Virus record (IMG/VR): IMGVR_UViG_3300019872_000008
Span: 1-38,504 of that record
Reading direction: 5' to 3' (one strand)
Source: a virus
Taxonomy: Duplodnaviria; Caudoviricetes
Length of the DNA stretch: 38,504 nt
Shown here: positions 1 to 9,801 of the stretch, piece by piece
Layout of the letters: the number at the start of each line of letters is the position of its first letter
Position numbering within the stretch: position 1 is the stretch's first letter
The notes under the pieces: generated by a model
What the model was told of the DNA's origin: nothing
Seen by the model: the letters and a program-made list of their open reading frames with translations, nothing else
Databases searched by the model: none
Position numbers and translations under genes: made by a program

Positions 1-134
1 ATATCTCTAGCTGCTATTATTGGTGCTCAATCCGCTATATCTGCTTTTGCATCATTAGCTGTTATACCAGGAATTGGTGTAGCATTAGGTCTTGCAGCTG
101 CATCTGCTGCCCTGACTTTTACAGCTTTACAAAT
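1..134. repeat. Terminal direct repeat, left copy (assembly circularisation overlap)
   Basis: Identical to 38371-38504 except position 8 (T vs A). Confidence 0.97.
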
Positions 135-696
135 TGCTAATATAAAGAAAACAGAGTTTGATGGTGGTGAAGCACCTAGTTCTGGTGGACCTAATATAGG
201 AGCATCAACTACAACTGGAGGATATGGAACTCAAGGCTCAGGTACAGGAACAGACGGACAGCAGCACGATTACTATGAAAACTATGGTGAGCAGGGTGGT
301 CAGATGCGTAAGTTCAAAGGTGGTGGTTGGTTCACCATAGGAGGCAGAAGGCACTCTGCTGGTGGCACAAAATTCTATGGTGAAGACGGCTCACGATTTG
401 AAGCAGAATCAGACGAGGGTTTGTTCATACTTAAACGGGAAGCACACAAGGATTTTCTCAAGGAACAATCTAGCAGAAACATGCGCTTTGGCGGAAGGTC
501 TTGGCAATCTGGTGGTGTTAGTCATGCCGCTGCAGGTGGGTCCATATCTGGTGGTGGCTTAAGTCCAGAAGTATTAGCACAGGCTATGAGATCAGTTTTA
601 AGCAGTTTACCAAGACCTGTTGTTTTCGTTTCAGACATTAACGAGGGGCAAAATACAGTGGAAGTGGTAGAAGGTAAGTCAACTTTACTTGATTAA
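1..696 (+). CDS. Tape measure protein, C-terminal part (continues from 36166 across the junction)
   Basis: Frame 1 is open from base 1 to TAA at 694-696 and in frame with the ORF from 36166; the 304..696 ORF is only its tail (GGxxHxxGG motif typical of TMP C-termini). Confidence 0.85.
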   Translation: MSLAAIIGAQSAISAFASLAVIPGIGVALGLAAASAALTFTALQIANIKKTEFDGGEAPSSGGPNIGASTTTGGYGTQGSGTGTDGQQHDYYENYGEQGGQMRKFKGGGWFTIGGRRHSAGGTKFYGEDGSRFEAESDEGLFILKREAHKDFLKEQSSRNMRFGGRSWQSGGVSHAAAGGSISGGGLSPEVLAQAMRSVLSSLPRPVVFVSDINEGQNTVEVVEGKSTLLD

Positions 697-721
697 CCTT
701 TATTTTAATTCAAGAAATTGT

Positions 722-729
722 TAGTTTTA
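722..729 (+). promoter_or_regulatory. Putative Bacteroidota-type -7 promoter box (TAGTTTTA) upstream of the head operon
   Basis: TAnnTTT(A/G) box in the AT-rich gap 16 nt before the protease ATG. Confidence 0.4.
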
Positions 730-745
730 CTCAAATAATTACTTT

Positions 746-1915
746 ATGAAGAAAGAAGGCAGAATCAACATATTTGGACCAATAGGCACTTTTATGTTTC
801 GAGGTGTACAAGTTCAAGGAGTTATGTTAGCAGACGTTATGGACAAAGTCTTGCGTGAACCTGCTGATATAGACTACTTAATTATTGACATGGAAAGTCT
901 TGGTGGTTCTAAGGATGAAGGTAATAAAATTCTCAGCTTTATGGATGACCTCAAGCGTAAGGGCATCACCATAGAAACAAATCAGGTTGGACCTATTGGT
1001 AGTGTTAGCACTAAGATATTCTTGAAAGGGGATGTACGTACTGCACTAGATGACGGAACAAAGAATTGGTTTATTCATAATCCTTGGAGGACAACAGAAG
1101 GAGATGCAACAGCACATATTAATTCAGCAGTGATCTTAGCAGCAGCTGAAGAAGAATTAGCGAAGGAGTATGTAAGTCAGACCAAGTTGACACTAGAGCA
1201 AGTGAAACCACTGATGGAAGCAAGTGCATCCTTTACAGGTGAACAAGCTTTAACGTTTGGATTTGCTACTCGAATAAATAAGGCTCTAAACATAGCAGCA
1301 TATATAACAATGGAAAAAAACGAGAAAACGATTGGGCAAAAGATAGATGATCTTATTGCAGCAATCAAAGGAGGCAAGGCACCAGATAGCTCAAAGGTTC
1401 TTGCGTTTAAATTGAGCGATACCGCAAGCCTAGTGGCTACAGCGACTGATGACAAAGTCGAAGGACTTGAAATCTTTGAAGCTGATGCTGCTGGACTTGC
1501 TACAACAGTTAAACCGAAAGACGGAACTGTTCCTTTGCAGGACGGACGTCAGTTGGTTATAGCTAGCGGTAAGATTAGCAAGATCATTGAAAAGCCAGCA
1601 GTTGATTCTGTACTTGAGGCTAAGTTTAATGAACTATCTGATCTTGTTAAGGCGATGCAAAAACCTGCTGCTGGTTTAACCAAGGCAGATCTGGACAGCG
1701 CTATTCTTGCTCTTAAGTCTGAGATTGAAACAGGTCATGTACCTCCAGCTCGTGGTGGGAAGAACTTCCAACTACCTAAGACTACAGAAGCTGATGTTCT
1801 TGAGTGGGACAGAAGTCTTAAGGCAGGAGAACATACTGAAATGCGTAAGAACAACCCAGATCAGTGGTCTAAATTGTACTTCGCCAAGTATAAGAAACTT
1901 CCAACAAATGTGTAA
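746..1915 (+). CDS. ClpP-like prohead protease with C-terminal scaffold region
   Basis: IFGPIG, SLGG, GSVS (catalytic Ser) and WFIHNP (catalytic His), EQALTFGFAT; helical C-terminus; directly before the capsid gene. Confidence 0.85.
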   Translation: MKKEGRINIFGPIGTFMFRGVQVQGVMLADVMDKVLREPADIDYLIIDMESLGGSKDEGNKILSFMDDLKRKGITIETNQVGPIGSVSTKIFLKGDVRTALDDGTKNWFIHNPWRTTEGDATAHINSAVILAAAEEELAKEYVSQTKLTLEQVKPLMEASASFTGEQALTFGFATRINKALNIAAYITMEKNEKTIGQKIDDLIAAIKGGKAPDSSKVLAFKLSDTASLVATATDDKVEGLEIFEADAAGLATTVKPKDGTVPLQDGRQLVIASGKISKIIEKPAVDSVLEAKFNELSDLVKAMQKPAAGLTKADLDSAILALKSEIETGHVPPARGGKNFQLPKTTEADVLEWDRSLKAGEHTEMRKNNPDQWSKLYFAKYKKLPTNV

Positions 1916-1935
1916 CCAAACAATAAATTAAGAAA

Positions 1936-3021
1936 ATGAAAACGATTAAAATTTTTACATCCTTCCTTTTGAGCTTGGCAGTAGCCCTGCTTATAGGAGT
2001 AGCAGCCTCTATGGTTGCCCCTGTTGATCCAGTAGCTGTTGGAGCAACATTCTTTATTGTCAAGACTTTGTATTTCTTTGTCGTTGACTTCAAGCTAGAA
2101 ACATTGTTTATGGCTGGAGTTAACAAAGAAATCTGGATCGACAAGCTCAAGGAAAACTTTTACAGTAATTACGACTGGCTTTCTGGTGTTGATGATTGGT
2201 CTGAGTTCGTAGAGTATAATACGATTAACTTTACAGCTGTAGGTGCTGATCCAGTAATTCTTAAGAACAATGCATCTTGGCCTATTGTAGCTGTGCAACG
2301 TACAGATACCAACTCTACTGTAGTTCTTGATACTTACGATTCAACTACTACTAGAGTGTATAACGTAGAAGAGATTGAAGCTAGCATTAACAAACTTGAA
2401 AGTGTTGTAAGACAACATAGAAGAAGTTTGATTCAGGCTGTTGTGACAGAATGTTTGATTAACTATTCTCCAGCTACTTTAGCTCTTGGTGCTGTTGCCG
2501 CTACTGGTTCTAACCGTCCTGTTGTTATCGGTGCTCAATCCACTGTTGCAGCTCGTTTAACACTTAACGACTTAGCCGCAGCGCAAACAAGATTAGATTC
2601 AATCGATGCACCTCTTGAAGGACGTTGTGTAGTTCTAAACCCGTATCATAGGGAGGACTTGCTTATTGAAGATAAATCTTTGTTTAAACAGTTCGGTGAT
2701 CAGAAGAAAGGTGAAATCTTTAACTTGTACGGCTTTGAGGTTTACACTGCTAAGAACACACCTCTTTACGCTAAATCAACTTTGGTACGTAAAGTATCTG
2801 GTGCTGCTGCAGATAACACTAACGACTGTATTGCATCAAGTATCTTCTTAAAGTCTGAGGTTATGAAGTGTATGGGTGAAGTAGAGATGTTCTACAAAGA
2901 GAAAGGTATTAACCCAGAACAAAGAGCAGATGAAGTTGGCTTCCAAATGCGTTTCAAAGGTTTGCCTCAGCGTATTACTACAGCTAACGTTCAACAAGCC
3001 ATTGTTTCTAGCAGGGCATAA
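1936..3021 (+). CDS. Major capsid protein with hydrophobic N-terminal extension
   Basis: Position after protease; LDSIDAPLEGRCVVLNP and LYGFEVY motifs typical of HK97-fold capsids; possible second start at Met59 (2110). Confidence 0.85.
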   Translation: MKTIKIFTSFLLSLAVALLIGVAASMVAPVDPVAVGATFFIVKTLYFFVVDFKLETLFMAGVNKEIWIDKLKENFYSNYDWLSGVDDWSEFVEYNTINFTAVGADPVILKNNASWPIVAVQRTDTNSTVVLDTYDSTTTRVYNVEEIEASINKLESVVRQHRRSLIQAVVTECLINYSPATLALGAVAATGSNRPVVIGAQSTVAARLTLNDLAAAQTRLDSIDAPLEGRCVVLNPYHREDLLIEDKSLFKQFGDQKKGEIFNLYGFEVYTAKNTPLYAKSTLVRKVSGAAADNTNDCIASSIFLKSEVMKCMGEVEMFYKEKGINPEQRADEVGFQMRFKGLPQRITTANVQQAIVSSRA

Positions 3022-3024
3022 TTT

Positions 3025-3345
3025 ATGAAGACGAACAAAGAATTTAATGCTCTATCTGTCGAGGAACAGGTAGAGTATTTTACAGCCTTGACAGAGGCAG
3101 AAGTAAACGAACTGACAAAGGACCAACGAGCAGCTTATGATGAATGGGCTAACGGTGGAATAGAGGAAGAAGAAAGTGCAGAAGACAAAGTAGCTCAATA
3201 TGTTAAGGATCATCCTGAGTATACTTATGACGAGATCATTTTGACATCTGATGGCATCTTCTTTCCAGGTACTTTAAAAGGTGACAATTCAGCAGCTAAT
3301 CACTGCGGTGTTACAAAGACTTTCGCAACCTATAAAACAAAATAA
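3025..3345 (+). CDS. Acidic hypothetical protein (head-associated?)
   Basis: Tightly packed ORF in the structural operon. Confidence 0.6.
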   Translation: MKTNKEFNALSVEEQVEYFTALTEAEVNELTKDQRAAYDEWANGGIEEEESAEDKVAQYVKDHPEYTYDEIILTSDGIFFPGTLKGDNSAANHCGVTKTFATYKTK

Positions 3346-3347
3346 GT

Positions 3348-4196
3348 ATGGCCTGTGGTGCACTACAAAGAGGATCGACTCCTAACTGTGATACCCCCTT
3401 CCAAGGAGGTAACAAGAATAAGATCATCCTCATCGAAAAAGAAGATTACGATTTAGCAACCAAAACGTATGACACGTTAGGTAGGCTTGCAACGATTACA
3501 ATGCCATCGGGTAAAACTGCTTGGCCGTTCTCTGGATTTAAGAACAGTGCAAAACCAAGTTATAAGCTTGTAATTGCCCCGTCTGGACAATCTCAGTATG
3601 AACACATGTGTGAGTACTCTGTCTATGAATACTCTCAAACAGCAAAGAACAACCTACAGCGTAAAGCCAACGGCAGATACATAGGTATCATCGAAAACAA
3701 TCTTGGTGATGCTAACGCCTTTGAAGTATTAGGAATAGGTGTAGGTATGCAGCTCAAGGAGATGGGCCGTAACCCTCAAGATAATGGTGGAGCATTTAAG
3801 TTAATCTTAGCAACACCAGAGAATGAGTACGAAGGAACATTGCCTATTGGTATGTTAGCTACTGATTATGCAGGAACTGTAGCCGCAATCAAAGTTATTG
3901 TAGCAGAAGCAACTTTGACTAACATTTCACCGTTAGCAGCATCTGCAGCAGGTGGTACAGCTTTAACATTAACAGGAACTAACTTCTTTGGTGGTGGTTC
4001 TAACTCAGCTGTTTTAAGTATACAGTACATTAATCAAAGTACCTTGGCAGTAGTTAATCAAGTAACCTATACTGTTGCTTCAACTGTAAGTATAACAATG
4101 ACTTCAGTAGCTATGCCAGCAGGTTCTTACAAGATTCGTATTATTACAATCAAGGGTCAGGTTGATGATTCATTGCAAAACTTAATCGTTACCTAA
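3348..4196 (+). CDS. Major tail tube protein with C-terminal IPT/TIG Ig-like domain
   Basis: MAC...C...GG N-terminus typical of Bacteroidota phage tail tubes; ISPxAxxAAGGTxLTLTGTNF is an IPT/TIG signature. Confidence 0.75.
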   Translation: MACGALQRGSTPNCDTPFQGGNKNKIILIEKEDYDLATKTYDTLGRLATITMPSGKTAWPFSGFKNSAKPSYKLVIAPSGQSQYEHMCEYSVYEYSQTAKNNLQRKANGRYIGIIENNLGDANAFEVLGIGVGMQLKEMGRNPQDNGGAFKLILATPENEYEGTLPIGMLATDYAGTVAAIKVIVAEATLTNISPLAASAAGGTALTLTGTNFFGGGSNSAVLSIQYINQSTLAVVNQVTYTVASTVSITMTSVAMPAGSYKIRIITIKGQVDDSLQNLIVT

Positions 4197-4198
4197 TC

Positions 4199-4387
4199 AT
4201 GAAAGTCTTTAGACGCAAAAACATCGAGCATACTATCAAAGTTGGTAGTTACACGATAGATGGTGACCTCACCAAAGCAGAGTTAGATAGAATTGAAGAG
4301 CTGCATCCAGGAGTGAAAGAGCTACTTGTAGAAGTAGAAGTTTCAGAGCCTAAAGCGGAAGTAAAATCTGCGAAGGATAAAGTTTGA
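4199..4387 (+). CDS. Small hypothetical protein
   Basis: Starts 2 nt after the tail tube stop and is followed by a terminator hairpin. Confidence 0.6.
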   Translation: MKVFRRKNIEHTIKVGSYTIDGDLTKAELDRIEELHPGVKELLVEVEVSEPKAEVKSAKDKV

Positions 4388-4410
4388 GTTTAGTGTTTTA
4401 GTTTAAAATT

Positions 4411-4453
4411 AACGGGTGGGACTTGTAGTAGGGTTCCATCCGTTTCTTACTTT
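4411..4453 (+). terminator. Rho-independent terminator-like hairpin
   Basis: AACGGGTGGGACTT / GGGTTCCATCCGTT stem with G-U pairs, followed by TCTTACTTT. Confidence 0.65.
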
Positions 4454-4460
4454 AAAAAAT

Positions 4461-5636
4461 ATGGTAACATTTAAGAAGCCCAAACTCTTTGTAAAGAGAG
4501 TACCAACAATACTTGATCCATCGGACAACGTACAACGTTGGGACTGGGACAATCAATATCCACAACGTATGGATGAGCTTGCTTCTAGGTCTTACACCTT
4601 GAATGCTGTTACTAAAGTTGTTTCTGACTTCTTGGCCGGTGAAGGCTTTGAAGATACCGCCTTCAATAATCTGGTGGTCAACAGAGATAACATTATGGAT
4701 GAAACAATGCTGGACCTGCTAAACAAGGTCTGTGATCAATATAGCAACTACTGGACTCCTTCCTTACACTTTGGATTTAACATGAACGGGGCTATGACCT
4801 CCATAAGAAGTGTACCCGTCTGTTACAATAGATTTGGAATGCCTAATCCTAAGACAGGCTTAGTTGAGAAAATCATGTACTCAACTAACTGGGAACGTGC
4901 AGCAATGAAAGAGACACATGATAGAGAGGTTCTTGAGTATGACTTCTTTAATCCTGATCCTGAAGTTGTCAAGGAACAAATTAGAAAAGCAGGTGGCATA
5001 AAGAAGTATAAGGGACAAATTTTGTTTGCAACTCCTACTCCATTCGTTTACCCTAAGGCAAGCTTTGATCCTGTATGTGATCATGCACAGACTCAGGCTG
5101 AACTTGCTACTTTCAAAATCTCCAGCGTACAGAATAAGTTCAACGCCACAATGGCCATTATGTATCCGGGTCAATTTGAATCGGACGAAGAAAAAAGAAA
5201 CTTCCAAGAATTGATTAGCACTAAGTCAGGGTCAGAAGCTGCAGGTAGTAACATAGGTATACAAGACCCAAGCGGAACAAAGAAGGTTAATGAAATATTC
5301 TTGCCTATAACACCAGTGAATACAGATAGACTTTTTGAGTTAACTGAACGTAGCAGTACGGCCGCCATTATGGAGAACGAGGCCGTTCCAAAGGAATTGA
5401 TTGGTGTACGTCCTGAGACGGGTATGTTCAATCAAGATAACATGGAACAAAGTTATATCTACTTTAACTCCAGAACAAGAAAGAGGCGTAAAAACATAAG
5501 CAGACTCTTTAGCTTTATAGCAAAACATTTAGAGACTCCTTATAACACAACTGCTGAAATTATTGAATTAAGTTATTTGACAAAGGAACAAAAGGCAGAA
5601 GCACAAGCTAAACCAAAGAAAGAAGATGGCAAATAA
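4461..5636 (+). CDS. Portal protein
   Basis: WDWDNQYPQ, SYTLNA, FLAGEGF, GSEAAGS and VPKELIG pattern of Bacteroidota phage portals; start moved to ATG 4461 because the GTG at 4416 lies inside the terminator. Confidence 0.8.
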   Translation: MVTFKKPKLFVKRVPTILDPSDNVQRWDWDNQYPQRMDELASRSYTLNAVTKVVSDFLAGEGFEDTAFNNLVVNRDNIMDETMLDLLNKVCDQYSNYWTPSLHFGFNMNGAMTSIRSVPVCYNRFGMPNPKTGLVEKIMYSTNWERAAMKETHDREVLEYDFFNPDPEVVKEQIRKAGGIKKYKGQILFATPTPFVYPKASFDPVCDHAQTQAELATFKISSVQNKFNATMAIMYPGQFESDEEKRNFQELISTKSGSEAAGSNIGIQDPSGTKKVNEIFLPITPVNTDRLFELTERSSTAAIMENEAVPKELIGVRPETGMFNQDNMEQSYIYFNSRTRKRRKNISRLFSFIAKHLETPYNTTAEIIELSYLTKEQKAEAQAKPKKEDGK

Positions 5637-6213
5637 AAAACTTATTGGTGTTGAGGACATCAAGCGATATAGGCCAGTAACAACAGATAAAGACCGTCTG
5701 GACATATTTATTGACGAAGCACAGTTGAACGATTTGCGCCCTGTCCTAACAGATGCCTTGTACTATGACTTAATGAATAAGATAGACAACACTGGTGATG
5801 CTATGTACACAGCGTATCAAGAGTTACTGCGGGGCAAATCCTACACGTACCAAGGGATACAGTATGTTCATGATGGAATCATTCCGGTATTATCCTATTA
5901 TGCGCTGGCTAGACTCAGGGCTAATCCTATGGAGGATACACGATTCGGTACACACATGAAACTTAATGAAAGGTCTGCTCAAGTAACACCAGAAGTTTTG
6001 ACTTCCGGTATTGATTCCTTAACATCTATTGCCTTGAGTTATCAAGAAAGACTTATTGATTTCCTTAATCGCAACTCCAGTACGTATCCACTTTGGAGTA
6101 ACGGATCGAGTGAAACATTGAATAATAACGGGACCAAGTTCTTTGATCCAGACGCAGCGAATCCTAACAATTACAACTCTTACGGTAACAATGCTAACGG
6201 CAGAACAATATGA
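5626..6213 (+). CDS. Head-to-tail adaptor / connector protein
   Basis: Overlaps the portal stop; FIDEAQ..DLRPVL..ALYYDL and LSYYALAR motifs of Bacteroidota phage adaptors. Confidence 0.65.
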   Translation: MANKKLIGVEDIKRYRPVTTDKDRLDIFIDEAQLNDLRPVLTDALYYDLMNKIDNTGDAMYTAYQELLRGKSYTYQGIQYVHDGIIPVLSYYALARLRANPMEDTRFGTHMKLNERSAQVTPEVLTSGIDSLTSIALSYQERLIDFLNRNSSTYPLWSNGSSETLNNNGTKFFDPDAANPNNYNSYGNNANGRTI

Positions 6214-6569
6214 AATTTACTAGAGGACAAACAGAGAAATTTCTTGCACAGTTCTATCTTGACTATGACGCTGGAATAGTTGCCCCGATTACAGGTGCTA
6301 CTATTAAATGCTTGTTTAAGTATGATCCTAGAGATTTAGACGGTGCAAGCGGGGTTGTCACAAAGCAGACAGGAGGCTCTGGTGTTGTTATTACAGACGG
6401 TCCAAACGGAATTTGTGAAGTAACGGTTGCAGCAGCAGACTTTAATAACGTACAAGTTAATAAACTGTACATGGAATGTGTTGCCAAGCTTATCGATGGT
6501 TCTTATCTTCGTGGTGATGGTATACAAGAAGTTGAAATCTTAGGTAATGTAGTTAAGACTTTGTTTTAG
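6210..6569 (+). CDS. BppU-like baseplate upper / Ig-like structural protein
   Basis: MKFTRGQT..ITGATI..ITDGPNGICEVTVAAAD beta-sandwich pattern; ATGA coupling. Confidence 0.6.
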   Translation: MKFTRGQTEKFLAQFYLDYDAGIVAPITGATIKCLFKYDPRDLDGASGVVTKQTGGSGVVITDGPNGICEVTVAAADFNNVQVNKLYMECVAKLIDGSYLRGDGIQEVEILGNVVKTLF

Positions 6570-6570
6570 C

Positions 6571-8472
6571 ATGAAGTTTACTCAAAGCGTTCGTAAGGTA
6601 GTCTTGAGACACTATAATGTAGCAGCCGTGTTTACTCAAAACACTAGGAAAACTTTGTTTACTCAATTGTTTAGTTTAACCTCTGGTGCTGTTCCTTGGT
6701 ACGTTACCATGGCTCAAGCCTTCTTTGACAGAGTTTCTGTAGATAGTGGCCAAGCGGAATCACAATCTTGTCTTGAATCTCGCTTACAAGCATTGGAACC
6801 TTACTATGAACGCATGAGCTTGCTGATGTTGCCACACGCATATAAGGAGAGTAAGCTATACAGTATTATTCCTGCGGATGGAAGCGGTGATTTTGCGTTT
6901 ACAAGAGCTTCTACAATTGCGACTAGAAAAGAGAGTGGTGGGTTGATTGAGGCTAGTCCTTACAATCTTTCTGCATTTAGTGAAAACCTTAACTCATGGA
7001 CAAAGAGTAACGCAACTGTTACTAGCAATGTCATACTTGCCCCGAATGGAACTTTGACAGCAGATAAACTTTTGGACACAGTTTCAAATTCAAGTCACTT
7101 TGCCTACACAGCTTCTTTTACGTTTTCGATTGGGCAGGCCTATACCTATTCAGCTTATATTAAAAAAGGAGACCACTCAGAGATATATTTTCAGCCTAAC
7201 GAAGGGGGTGCATCATTCCCTAATCTACGTTTTAACTTTGACACAGGTCTGATAGTAACTAGCTCAGGATTTACAAATATGCTAGTTGAAACACTTGCTA
7301 ACGGCTGGTTCAAATTAACCTTAACAAGAACAGTCATAACTGCTGGCGCAACCCTGTTCGCGTGGTTTCTATTCCAAGGGGCAACAGTTTACATAGGTAA
7401 CTCTACAGGCTCATACATTTGGGGTTGTCAGTGTGTCTACGGTGCCGCGGAGAAGCCATACCAAGTTACAACAACACGCCAAAATTTTCCACGTCTTGAC
7501 TACTCCAACGGTTCGTGCCCTGAGTTGTTATTGGAGCCTGCGAGGACTAACTTATTATTAAGGTCAGAAGAGTTTGATAATGCATCCTGGACAAAAACAA
7601 ACATATCCGTAACACCTAATACAGAAATTTCTCCCGATGGATTAACCACTGGGGATAGTTGCAATATTACTAACGCCTCCAATGAACTTTCAATTAATGC
7701 CACAGTAACCGCATCTACAATTTACCTATTTAGTTTTTATGTAAAAGCTGGAACGAGTGGAAGTCTGAATTACAGGGTTTACAATAATACTGGAGCGGCT
7801 GACATAATTTCGTCAACAAGCTATTACTCTCAGGTAAACTCATCCACTTATACACGAGTAACTGTGTCATTCACTACTCCTGTAGGTTGCCTGTCTGTTA
7901 AAGTTTATTTATCAGATAATTCAGGTACTGGCACATTTTTTCCTTGGGGTGCGCAACTTGAAGCAGGTTCATACGCATCAAGCTATATACCGACTACATC
8001 GGCAGCAGTTACAAGAACCTTGGATACTTTGTCACAAACAAGTATTTCAAATTTAATTGGTCAAACAGAGGGAACAATTTATTTCGAATCAAATCTATTA
8101 CTTGACAGTGCAAGTAGATTTATTACCATAAGCGATGGGACTACAAATAATAGAATTACAATTTATGTTGGTAATACCAATTCTTTACAGTGCAGCATTG
8201 TAATAGGTGGTGTTAATCAAGGTGACTTAGTTTATGGTGTTATTACAGCAGGACTATTTAAAGTTTGTGTAGTGTATGCAAATAATTATGCAGCGTTATT
8301 TGTCAATGGTGTTAAAATAGCGCAAGACCTTTCACTTACTGTACCAGCTTGTTCAAGATTAGGATTTGACCAAGGCAATGGAACAACTAATTGGTCTTCT
8401 GGCAGCTTCAAATCTTTGGCCTTAATGCCAGTCAAACTATCAGACGCTGAATGTATCGCTTTAACAACTTAA
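6571..8472 (+). CDS. Tail fibre / receptor-binding protein with two carbohydrate-binding-like modules and a C-terminal LamG-like domain
   Basis: Thr/Ser-rich; DFAFTRAS; two internal repeats (NL..FSE..SWTK.N..VT.N...P.G..T.D); LLEPARTNLL; WGAQLEAGSYASSYIPT. Confidence 0.8.
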   Translation: MKFTQSVRKVVLRHYNVAAVFTQNTRKTLFTQLFSLTSGAVPWYVTMAQAFFDRVSVDSGQAESQSCLESRLQALEPYYERMSLLMLPHAYKESKLYSIIPADGSGDFAFTRASTIATRKESGGLIEASPYNLSAFSENLNSWTKSNATVTSNVILAPNGTLTADKLLDTVSNSSHFAYTASFTFSIGQAYTYSAYIKKGDHSEIYFQPNEGGASFPNLRFNFDTGLIVTSSGFTNMLVETLANGWFKLTLTRTVITAGATLFAWFLFQGATVYIGNSTGSYIWGCQCVYGAAEKPYQVTTTRQNFPRLDYSNGSCPELLLEPARTNLLLRSEEFDNASWTKTNISVTPNTEISPDGLTTGDSCNITNASNELSINATVTASTIYLFSFYVKAGTSGSLNYRVYNNTGAADIISSTSYYSQVNSSTYTRVTVSFTTPVGCLSVKVYLSDNSGTGTFFPWGAQLEAGSYASSYIPTTSAAVTRTLDTLSQTSISNLIGQTEGTIYFESNLLLDSASRFITISDGTTNNRITIYVGNTNSLQCSIVIGGVNQGDLVYGVITAGLFKVCVVYANNYAALFVNGVKIAQDLSLTVPACSRLGFDQGNGTTNWSSGSFKSLALMPVKLSDAECIALTT

Positions 8473-8478
8473 ACCTAT

Positions 8479-8676
8479 ATGAGTGTGCAGCAAAAAGAAC
8501 AACTAAAGTTTATCATGGACTGGGGAGCAAAGATTATATTCGGAATCCTAGCTTACTTAGCCGTCACGTCTTTTCAGGAATTGAAAACAGACGTAAAACA
8601 GGTCTCCACGGATGTGCATGGTATTCGCGAGAGGCTTATTAGAATTGAAACCAAGCAAGAGGATAATTCAAACTAA
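8479..8676 (+). CDS. Small single-TM coiled-coil protein (holin/XhlA-like)
   Basis: One hydrophobic helix then a heptad-rich ERLIRIETK segment; near the lysis genes. Confidence 0.55.
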   Translation: MSVQQKEQLKFIMDWGAKIIFGILAYLAVTSFQELKTDVKQVSTDVHGIRERLIRIETKQEDNSN

Positions 8677-8688
8677 ACAAATAAATAT

Positions 8689-9213
8689 ATGCCAGTAAGT
8701 ACAGCACCAAGAACCTATCGAGCCAGCGGAAACGTTGTGGCTGCGGTAAGTACAGCGCCTTTCCTTGCCATTCAAGGAGCAGCTAATAAAGTAATACGAC
8801 TAACAAAAGTAATTATTCATGGCCCAACACTAACTACAGCTCAGCTGTTAAGAGTTGCCTTGACTAAGAACTCCACGGCGCAAAGTGGTGGTACTCCGGT
8901 TGCTCCAGCAAAAGTTCCGCTTGACTCTCAAGGTGTACCAGCGCTAGCAACAGTTCAAGCCTACACAGCTGCCCCTACTCCTGGTGCTGTTGTCGGTCAA
9001 ATCTCAGAGCGCAGTATTCTTGCGCAATCTTCAACTATAGTAGCCTCAGCAGAGCTCGATGAAGGAATATTTGACTTTACAACTGCAGAGAGAGATACAG
9101 AGTTCCCTACGTTAAGAGGTTTAGCTGAGAACATAAGTGTTACTTTTCCTGTTGCACCAGCAAGTGCGGTAACATTAAGTTATACCATTGAGTGGACTGA
9201 AGACGGCAATTAA
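8689..9213 (+). CDS. Beta-rich hypothetical virion protein
   Basis: Ala/Thr/Val-rich, ends in IEWTE; lies in the late operon. Confidence 0.55.
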   Translation: MPVSTAPRTYRASGNVVAAVSTAPFLAIQGAANKVIRLTKVIIHGPTLTTAQLLRVALTKNSTAQSGGTPVAPAKVPLDSQGVPALATVQAYTAAPTPGAVVGQISERSILAQSSTIVASAELDEGIFDFTTAERDTEFPTLRGLAENISVTFPVAPASAVTLSYTIEWTEDGN

Positions 9214-9216
9214 GCT

Positions 9217-9801
9217 ATGATAAAACATTATGACAAAGTGGTAATTCTCACCAAAGAGGATACCTACATAAGTCTTGAACAATGGCAACAACGTTATGAA
9301 CCAGAAGTACATTCAGATCAAATTGGAAAGTACTTCCGTTTTACAGAGGGCAAATTTCTTGCGGATATTGAGCGCTATGGCAAGCTAATTGTTTGTGAGC
9401 CTTTGATGTTGATAATGGATGAGTACCGTAAGCTTAAGGGTGAACCCGTAAAGGTTAACGCCTATAATAGAGATGATAAGAAACAGCAGGAATTGCATGA
9501 GCAGGGATTTAGGACAGCTCAATTTTCACCTCATGTGGAGAAGATGGCAGTGGATATGGATACGCTAAGCATTCAGGATACGTATACACAGTTACCTATT
9601 TTGCGTAAGGCTTGTTGGAACTTGGGCTTTGGCTACAGAATAGGCTGGAAACAATACCTAGAGAATGTAGATAAGGATGGAAAACCAGCGCCTCAGACGT
9701 TTTTACACCTAGACGTTGCCCCGCACTATTATGCATCCGGTAAAGCCAGACATGAGGAGAAACATCCTAGTGCTTGGGAAATTAATAAACTTGAATGGTG
9801 A
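9217..9801 (+). CDS. Endolysin, peptidase M15 (Zn D,D/L,D-peptidase) family
   Basis: YNR...SPH....AVD...FLHLD zinc-ligand pattern; next to a holin-like gene. Confidence 0.8.
   Translation: MIKHYDKVVILTKEDTYISLEQWQQRYEPEVHSDQIGKYFRFTEGKFLADIERYGKLIVCEPLMLIMDEYRKLKGEPVKVNAYNRDDKKQQELHEQGFRTAQFSPHVEKMAVDMDTLSIQDTYTQLPILRKACWNLGFGYRIGWKQYLENVDKDGKPAPQTFLHLDVAPHYYASGKARHEEKHPSAWEINKLEW

Noticed and set aside
304-696. 130-aa ORF as an independent gene
   Set aside because: It is in frame with the TMP across the circular junction
4416-4460. GTG-start N-terminal extension of the portal
   Set aside because: It lies within a terminator hairpin; ATG 4461 has the typical A-rich leader
6571-8472. Diversity-generating retroelement target
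   Set aside because: No reverse transcriptase gene and no adenine-variant template repeat seen
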